A stretch of 64,000 nt of DNA from Macrostomum hystrix (lineage: Eukaryota > Animalia > Platyhelminthes). Under the pieces are notes generated by a model that saw nothing but the letters and a program-made list of their open reading frames with translations, was not told where the DNA came from and made no database searches. Made by a program: the position numbers and the translations under genes. The stretch spans positions 153,929-217,928 of the forward strand of contig CATNEN010000019.1 in NCBI GenBank assembly GCA_950097015.1, read 5' to 3'. The stretch's first letter is position 1, and every line of letters begins with the position of its first letter. Below, in pieces: positions 58,246-64,000 of the stretch.

Positions 58246-58348
58246 GACATTTTTTATCTCCTTAGTGTATTTCTTGCACACGTCTATGGCTGTAAAAGCC
58301 GAATGACCTTTTTTTTGATCTCCGTAGTGTATTTCTAAATATAGAACA
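58246..58348 (+). repeat. Right direct-repeat pair
   Basis: GAATGACCTTTTTTTTGATCTCCGTAGTGTATTTCTAAATATAGAACA (58301-58348) matches the left repeats; CGTCTATGGCT is also shared (45254 vs 58281). Confidence 0.88.
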
Positions 58349-58989
58349 TTTTATAAAGGCTATCCCAATTAGGGTCGTCGTCTCTGGGGAAAACTCGCAC
58401 CGATTTAGAATACACGTACAACAGAGGTCCGTTTTGGTCTTGCTGGGGCCTTGGCTGGGGCTTGGCTGGACCAGACACCCCTTTGCCTTGACCAGACCCC
58501 CCCTTTCAACATTTTAGGAACAAAATGTATTAAAAATTTATAAATATAGGCCTATTATACAGAAATATAATTTATGTTCCTAGGGTTCATATAAACACTA
58601 AAACAGGACTATAATGGACTACAGTGGGACCAACCCAAGGTAGTCATTTTTTAATTTCTTTTTTTTAATCACATTGGGAGCTTTAGGGCTACTGATAGGC
58701 CTATTAAGTTACAATTCATTTTAATTAAGGCCCTAACTTATTTTAGAAAGCCTAAACACTCAGAAAAAATGAAAATTAGTTCCACACAAAAAGCAGCTAG
58801 GCAAACAGCTTAGAAACTTTGTCCGACTCGGAATATTCCGACACTTATTCCGACATCGTAGGTTAATGTACGAGCGCTACATTACCTGTCAGAATATTCC
58901 GACAAATAGGCCTATTCCGACTCGAAATTGCATGCATACATCTAATGAGCTCTCAGACAGTTATTCCGATTCGAAATTAACTGTGGGAA

Positions 58990-59910
58990 TATGACAATCA
59001 GACAATGATTCCGACAGGTAGCGCAATGAAAATGACGCCTGCGCACAACACTGCCGACGGCCTCGTTTTTCGGTGCAAACCAACAATACGTCTCCGTTTG
59101 GTGCCCATGAAAAACGCGTATCCATCCGGAAATTCTCATTCTTCGAAGGATCAAAGTTGAATCCGATGGACATCGTAGGCTTCATCACACATTATCTGCT
59201 CGGTGTGTCGCAAAAGTGAGTAAAGTCGGTTTACGATCATTTAAATGGCAGAAATACATTTAAATGATCGTGAACCAAAGGGAGGGGGTTTTGGTGTAAG
59301 TAGTAGCAGAAAACCGAAATTGATCACTATCGGGATACACACTACCAATTCGGTTTACGATCATTTACATACAGATTCTCCATTCATATGATCGTAAACC
59401 GAAGCTGAGGGGGGTAGTGGAGATGTAATAGTATACTAATTCATTTGTTTTCATCCACAGATCTCTGCAGACGATGTACGGAGTCGAGTCGGAAAAATAA
59501 GCTGCCGTACAGTGGTCGAACTATTGTCGTGACATTATGTGCGAATGGTTTAAAAGTCAACGAGACAGCATCATGATTGGTGGCGTCGGTCACACCGTCG
59601 AAATCGACGAAAGTCTCTTCGGACCCAAAATATGAAGTACAACAAAGGTGCCCGAAAAGGCTGTCAGATATGGGTCTTCGGAATGGTTGACCACGATGAC
59701 GGACGCTGCATCATTTGGCCTGTAGTTGACAGATCGGCCGAAACACTTCTACCGCTCATTCAAGAGTTTGTGCAGCCCGGAACGGCGATTTACAGTGACA
59801 GATAGGCAGCTTACTTGAAAGTGGAAGAGATGGGTTACACCCATATTGGACCGTGTCACACAAGGACACTTTGTGACGATAATTCGTAATTCTGAGAAGC
59901 GTGAGGTGCA
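58990..59910 (+). pseudogene. Decayed Merlin (ISXO2/IS1016-like) DDE transposase with one intron
   Basis: Exon 1: DGLVFRC...VSIRKFSFFEGSKL. Donor near 59215, acceptor at 59460. Exon 2: [14 protein letters not shown]...KYNKG...WVFGMVD...VVDRSAETLLPLIQEFVQPGTAIYSD. Contains stops and frameshifts. Confidence 0.88.
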
Positions 59911-60169
59911 CATCGAACCCCATACCCCTGGCTTCCCCCTGGACCCCTGGCTTCCCCTTAGACCCCTGGCTTCCCTCTGGACCCCTGTTTTTCCTATTGA
60001 CATCTTGGCTACCCTCTTTCCTAAAGAACTTGTGTATGAATCACTCAAATAATCTTTCAACCTTCGCCTAGTCGACTAAAAAACTTGGTTATATTAATTT
60101 GATAACTTGATAAAATAATATTACTCCTGGAAGTAGAATATGTATATAAAGTATACATAGTATATAGTA

Positions 60170-62070
60170 CTAGCAAGTTTTGCCACCCTTCGGGGAGCAG
60201 AAATATTTTTAATTCGTACAGTATATACTTTTTAGCAGCTGCACGCTCGTATTTTCAGCTTTTTTAGAAGCAACAATGATACCCCAGTTGACAATGATCC
60301 CCCAGTTGACAATGATCCCCCAGTTGACAATGATCCCCCAGTTGACAATGATCCCCCAGTTTACCATGATCCCCCAGTTGACGATTATCCCCCCGTTTAC
60401 CATGATCCCCTATTTGATGATGACTCCCCAGCTGACAATGTTCCCCAGTTGAATTTTTATATTAGCTGCTTTTGTAGAAAATTGATAAGAACAACATAGC
60501 TCAGGTTTAGCCATGATTCAAACTCTGGTTTAGCCATGATTCAGACTCTGGTTTAGCCATGATTTAAGCTCTGGTTGAGCCATGATTCAAGCTCTGGTTG
60601 AGCCATGATTCAAGCTCTGGTTGAGCCATGATTCAAGCTCTGGTTGAGCCATGATTCAAACGCTGGGTTAGCCATAATTCAATTTCAAACTCTGGTTTAG
60701 CCATGATTGAAACTCTCGTTTAGCAATGATTCAGACTCTGGTTTAGCCATGATTCAAACTCTGGTTTAGCCATGATTTAAGCTCTGGTTTAGCCATGATT
60801 CAAACGCTGGGTTAGCCATGATTCAGACTATTGTTTTGCTAGGCAAAAGTGAATTATAAGTAATCATAGTAATTATCTCGCCAGTGGGGTTGACACAGCT
60901 ATGCACATTTGGGTGAGAAATTTCTTATCAGTACGCTCACCTAACAAAACTGGCTCTGATGCAATCATTCAAATTGGCACTGGAGCCTCACTGTGCACAA
61001 GTTGAATAAATGAATCCATTGGAAAAGCCTATGTAAACCAGTTAATCCCCTTGGCAATGGAATTAAGCTTAATAAAAATACGTGTACTGATTCAGGACCA
61101 TTTGACATATTTTGGTGAAGGAATTTTGAAAATCGGTCGAGCCGTTCGGAAGATTGTTTGATTGCAAACATACAAACAAAGATACATACATAAATAAAAT
61201 ATTTTTTGTTGCAGTTCTGAATCTGATAACGCCTGCAGCTATGCTGAAAAATTCTTTCCTTAGTTTTAGTATTGAATAAAACTTGCTGCTTCACTCGAAA
61301 ATACTTATATTCTTTTCTGAGAGCGAGTACAGTAATAATAAAGCTAACAAACATCTGCTTCGAGAGTACCTAACCAAAAGCGCTTATTATTTATACTCGA
61401 ACCAAAAAAATTGCCAATAAAAATACTAATAAACAGTAACTTACGTTTTTAACTGTTGATGATAGAAGATTTGAAGAAAAAGAAGCAGTAACAAAGCTGA
61501 TGCTGAATTTGGATCTGCATTCTGCAAAATCGAAGTCGAGACAAGGTTTGACAATAGAAAGGCTGCAGTTTTATGGATAGAAAGGAGGAGGAGAGGTCTC
61601 GCTAGCATTGAGCATCATAAAAGCCCAATCATGAAATCTGCTATGTACTCGTACGTCTGAAATCACTCAATCAGCCAAGAGACAAATTTATAAACGCACG
61701 TACGGGTCGAAAAGCATTGACGCAATCGCATTCAATTGAGAGTATCGGGCCCTGTTCTGTGCTATACCAATGCACGCGCGGGCGAGAAAAAGCACCGATG
61801 CAATCTAATAAAACTTACAGTGCCCGGACCTATTCCAATTTAACCTTGTTTGGCCTCCAATTGAAAGCAATAGGAAAACTCGTTTTTCGAATATTTAATA
61901 TTGTTAGCATTGAAGCAGACTAACGAAATTTTCAAGGTCTCATGCCAGTAAAATTTGGCATGTTTAGCAAAAAACGCGATCAAATTTGGTTGAGGCATTT
62001 AGCCTGTGTATCGAAATTCCACAGACAGACAGACAGACAGACAGACTTTAGAGATTTATATATAGTTGGA
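60170..62070 (-). mobile_element. Non-autonomous Helitron with minisatellite arrays
   Basis: 5' end TCCAACTATATATAAAT..(GTCT)n at 62070; 3' hairpin CTCCCCGAAGGGTGGC then AAAACTTGCTAG|T ending at 60170; same 20- and 23-bp arrays as 32990-34054. May be two fused copies (a second 5'-like block near 61200). Confidence 0.72.
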
Positions 62071-64000
62071 CTAGCAAGTTTTGCCCCCCTCCGGGGAGCA
62101 CAAATATTTTTAATTCGTCCAGTGTATACTTTTTAGCAGCTGTATTTTTTTAAGCTACAATGATGGATGGAGGATGGAATGGAGGATAGCAATTTAGCCC
62201 CCCGTTCGGGGGCACATTTTACAACATGGTGTAAATAGCAATTCAGTGATTTGAGCGAGCAGTATACAATTCGGACTCAATTGTGTTAAAGTACGAAAGC
62301 TAGGCCTTTTGACATTGATAGCTTTCAGCAAAATTTTATTCAATTCCCTCTCGTCGTGACTCAGAAGCGGACAGTCGCATGGCTGCTTTAGGTAAAAACC
62401 GATTGACATTGACAACATTGACAAAGCATCAACATTGACAAATGATTAAAAAAATCGATGCAAGTGGATTGCAACTTAATTGTTTATAATGAGGTACGGT
62501 TCTAGTCATCTTTTGTTACAAAATACAAACTGTCTGCTTCCGTTTTGCATTGGCGTCTATCCATCAGGGATTTTTGTTAACCGAGAGGGAGGCCCTTCCC
62601 TGATGCAGCAGCAAGCAAATCATAAATCAGGAACCTTAAAAATTCATTTGCGAATTGCGTCCTTGAGATTTGAATAGAAAAATGCTTGCTGCTTAGAGAC
62701 CAAGGCAGTCACCAAGTAGAAAAATGGGCAGATAACATTAAAATAGTATAGAAACAATAGCAAAGTTTACTGAATTGGACTTCGACGAAAAAACAGCACT
62801 TTACGAAAAACTGTCCCTTGAAGACGGAAGTCTAAACATTGAAAGCAATTGGAAGCATGTGGGCCAATGAATTCGCTGTCATCGTCGATTGACGGCATGT
62901 CTGTGCGGACAGGTGTAAAAAAATGTCCGTTAAAGACAAGTTTATAAACATTGGAAGCATGTGGGCCAATGAATTCGCTGTCATCGTCGATTGACGATTA
63001 AAACGGGATATTTTTAACGGGCACATTTTAGCTTTGGATTAGGCTTACATTCCATTCCTAAACCACGTGGAATTGTTTATGAGTAGCGTTTATGAGCTCC
63101 GTTTCCAATTGTACATGATTGCTTCCCAAAAATTCAGCTCTCTGTACGAGAATGAGCTATCCCACTGACATTTACCGCTGATGAAATCAAGGGCACTCCA
63201 ACGATAAGTTTCAGAAACTGTTGGTCAGCCTAATCTTCAGAAAGCACCTCTGGGTACACAATGTTTCTCGTCTTGTTACCGGAAATCCGGATGCGAACAT
63301 TGGCTGCATCTTTGGCCCGAGACAGAGCGGTGTACAGCTGGCCGTGGCGAAGCAGCCTTCCGCCAAGTCGATGCCCACGGTCTCCAGAGACTGGCCCTGA
63401 GCTTTGTGAACCGTCAGGCAGAAGCTGGCCCGGACGGGAAAACTGCAGCCTCTTGAAGCACACTGGCAGGTCCGCATTGTTCGGCTGTAGCGGAATCCGG
63501 GGCAGCAGAATCTCGTCACCAGAGAATTGGCCTGCCGCAACTTTGCACCGCAGCACATTGTCCCCCCAGTGCCAGGACAATCAGTCGCGTTCCGTTGCAC
63601 AGCCGTGGCGGGTTGATGTTTCGCAGAAGCACCACCGGCATGCCCACTTTGAACTTAAGCAGGTGCTTCGGCAAGTTCGGTGCCTCCAATCGGTTGAGCA
63701 GCTCAGGAGGGAAGTGCGTGGCAGAATCCTCATCAGCCACGCTGTCGATCGACTTGATCTCCCGCATGCTGCCCGGGAACATGGCCAGGCACTCATCGTT
63801 GATCGCATCAACGGCCTCGTTATACGGAGCCAAAATTACTCTGCTGGCAAAGTAGGCGTCTCTAGCGTCAGTTGCTTCGAACGAAGGGTAAACGAACTCG
63901 ATCAGGTCCTTCAGGGAGGCACCTGCCGGCATCAGGATCTCAGGCGGAAGCGAAACGTTGCCATCAGAGTCCTCCTCAATAGAACCTGAGCCGATCTGTG
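62071..64000 (-). mobile_element. Helitron 3' portion with a frameshifted PIF1-like helicase C-terminus
   Basis: ILAPYNEAVDAIN, LKFKVGMPVVLLRNINPPRLCNGTRL, FCLTVHKAQGQSLETVGIDL, HGQLYTALSR, TRNIVYPEVL* (stop at 63230), spread over three frames. 3' hairpin CTCCCCGGAGGGGG plus CTAG at 62074-62071. Confidence 0.92.

Larger units (their letters stand above)
45250..58350. mobile_element. Unclassified ~13-kb virus/plasmid-like element (SF3-helicase gene, ZnF gene, palindromic array, terminal repeats)
   Basis: Matching direct repeats at both ends, diverged inverted repeats with tRNA-like cassettes, two convergent genes, and TTTCGCGAAA motifs concentrated throughout the interval. Boundaries approximate. 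Confidence 0.55.

Noticed and set aside
63211-63932. Programmed frameshifting in the Helitron helicase
   Set aside because: Three scattered indels are better explained by decay or sequencing/assembly error; no slippery-site-plus-structure pattern.

Overview
Eukaryotic genomic DNA with spliceosomal GT-AG introns and dense transposon remnants. The host is probably an invertebrate, most likely a free-living Macrostomum-like flatworm (inference from the DM9 gene, Ala/Gln-rich coding style and short introns; not provable here). Left to right: (1) 1-6159, the right end of a Polinton/Maverick (adintovirus-like) element with intact packaging ATPase, major and minor capsid ORFs; its ACTACT terminus interrupts a host DM9-repeat gene. 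(2) 8246-28733, a run of minus-strand host genes: a 13-exon secreted Ig/LDLa (perlecan-N-terminus-like) protein, a KLHL2/3-type kelch protein, GPN1 and PSMC1. PSMC1 and the kelch gene start at in-frame splice acceptors without their own ATG, which suggests SL trans-splicing or an operon. (3) 29.9-45 kb, Helitron derivatives, hAT and Merlin-type MITEs with clear TSDs, and an intronless SS18 gene. (4) About 45.25-58.35 kb, the most unusual part: a ~13 kb unit with short direct repeats at both ends and diverged inverted repeats that each carry a tRNA-like Pol III cassette. Inside are two convergent genes (a small zinc-finger gene and a spliced ~790-aa protein with an N-terminal PIP box and a C-terminal SF3-type helicase), separated by a ~50-unit array of ~96-bp repeats built on TTTTCGCGAAAA/TTTTGCAAAA palindromes. 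No transposase, integrase or capsid was recognised in it. (5) 58.9-64 kb, a decayed Merlin transposase and head-to-tail Helitrons. All calls come from motif recognition and manual splice-phase checks; no database searches were run.
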